Shown here piece by piece: positions 62,681 to 64,000 of a stretch of 64,000 bases of DNA. The notes under the pieces are model-generated. The model was not told where the DNA came from. It searched no databases and saw only the letters and a list, made by a program, of their open reading frames with translations. Source of the stretch: the human T2T-CHM13v2.0 reference genome, Homo sapiens. Position numbers and translations under genes: made by a program. The first letter of the stretch is position 1. The number at the start of each line of letters is the position of its first letter. The stretch lies in NCBI RefSeq assembly GCF_009914755.1, contig NC_060947.1; one strand, given 5' to 3'.

Positions 62681-62759
62681 CAAAAGGATTGAACCAAGTA
62701 AAAACCAGTCCTGCTTTTATTATTACCTATATACTAGAGTATTTCTCAATAAAGTCAGT

Positions 62760-63870
62760 ATTTATTGCATTTTTTGATGGCTAATGATGTTGAACAATTT
62801 TCATTGCTTTTGCCATGTTCAGTTAAATATGTATTCATGTCTGGCCTATTTTCTAATTAAATTTTTGAGAGTCCTATGTATATTTTGTATACACATATTC
62901 ATGTATGCTATGTATATTCTGTGTATACATATGAATATATGTATATTTATAAAAATCCTTTGTTGGATAAGTGGTTTACAAAATTTTTTTCAAGGTGTAG
63001 CTTACATTTTTATTGCCTTCTCAGGGATTTTTAAGCACAAAAGTCATAAATCTTGATGAAGTAAAAATTTGTTAACCTTTTCTTTTGTGAATCATGCTTT
63101 TGGTGTCAAATTTAGGAACTGTTTTCCAAGCCCTGTGTACCAATGTTTTTATTCTATGTTTTTGTCTTAAAGTTTATAAAATTTTCCATGTTCATTTAAG
63201 AGTGTGATCAATTTTGAATTAATGTTTGCAAAAAATGTAAGGATCAAAGTTTAATTTTTCCTATGGAAAATAATTTTGAGGGAGCTTTTAAATTAGAAAT
63301 TTATGAATTAGAAATTTTGAATTTTGAATTATGAATTTTTAAATTAGAAATTTAAATTAATTTCTTTAATGGACTATAAGACTATTCAGATTGTTTATTT
63401 CAACTCAACTCATTGATTAAATTTTTGATGTTTTGTAGTTTTCAAGGAATTAGTTCATTTGGTTTAAGTTGTCAAATTTATGAGTGTAAAGTTATTTATA
63501 TTCCCTTATTATCCTGGCTTCAGGATCTGTAGTGATATACCCTATTTTATTATTGATAGTTGTAATTTGTGTCTTTTATTTTTTATTCTTCATCAGTCTT
63601 GTTAGAGGTTTTTTTTTAAGGAACTAGTTTTTTCATAAATAATTGTTTTCTTGTTTTCAATTTTCATTGATTTCCGTTATTTCATTCTTTATGTTTGTGC
63701 TGGATTTATTTTGCTCTTCTTTTTTTTTCTAGTTTCATGAAGTAGGAGCCTAAATTATTGATTTGAGACCTTTATTGTTTCTAGCAAAAATATCTAGTTC
63801 TCTAAATTGCCCTGTCAGTACTGCTTCAGCTGTATCCTACAAATTTTGATATATTGTATTTTCAATTTTA
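62760..63870 (-). mobile_element. Old L1M/L1MC ORF2 fragments
   Basis: catgcttttggtgtcaaatttaggaac; gcttcagctgtatcctacaaattttgata. Confidence 0.75.
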
Positions 63871-64000
63871 TGCACTTTTGTAGGCCACTATTACACTGAT
63901 ACCACAATTACACAAAAAAGTACAAAAAACCCACACCAAAACTGTAAGTGTATACAGATTATTAGCAAATTGAGTCCATCATGTAAAAAAAATTATAAAC

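Overview
Primate (human-like) genomic DNA, AT-rich and dominated by interspersed repeats: about 14 Alus, many L1 pieces from L1PA to L1ME, L2, MIR, L3/CR1, MaLR/ERVL LTRs and DNA transposon fossils (Tigger1, Tigger2a, MER45, MER58, MER5A, MER33, MER94, a Tc2/Kanga remnant). I find no credible host protein-coding exon, rRNA, tRNA or CRISPR array. The ORF track is repeat-derived or spurious; the longest ORF (376 aa) is the C-terminus of L1 ORF2p. Most L1 sequence is on the - strand, which fits (inference) a long intron of a + strand gene. Repeat-poor islands at about 4.5-5.1, 10.8-11.9, 18.2-19.6, 22.4-25.7 and 28.6-29.4 kb may be regulatory. Most notable: a recursive-splice-site-like polypyrimidine-AG|GTGAG motif (18483/18484), two near-perfect 38-39 bp hairpins (3503-3618, 20140-20253), an apparent old L1 3' transduction (33415-34242), and a decayed Gypsy-like integrase fossil (about 31.6-32.6 kb). 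Repeat subfamily names come from recalled consensus sequences, not a database search, and boundaries of old repeats are approximate.
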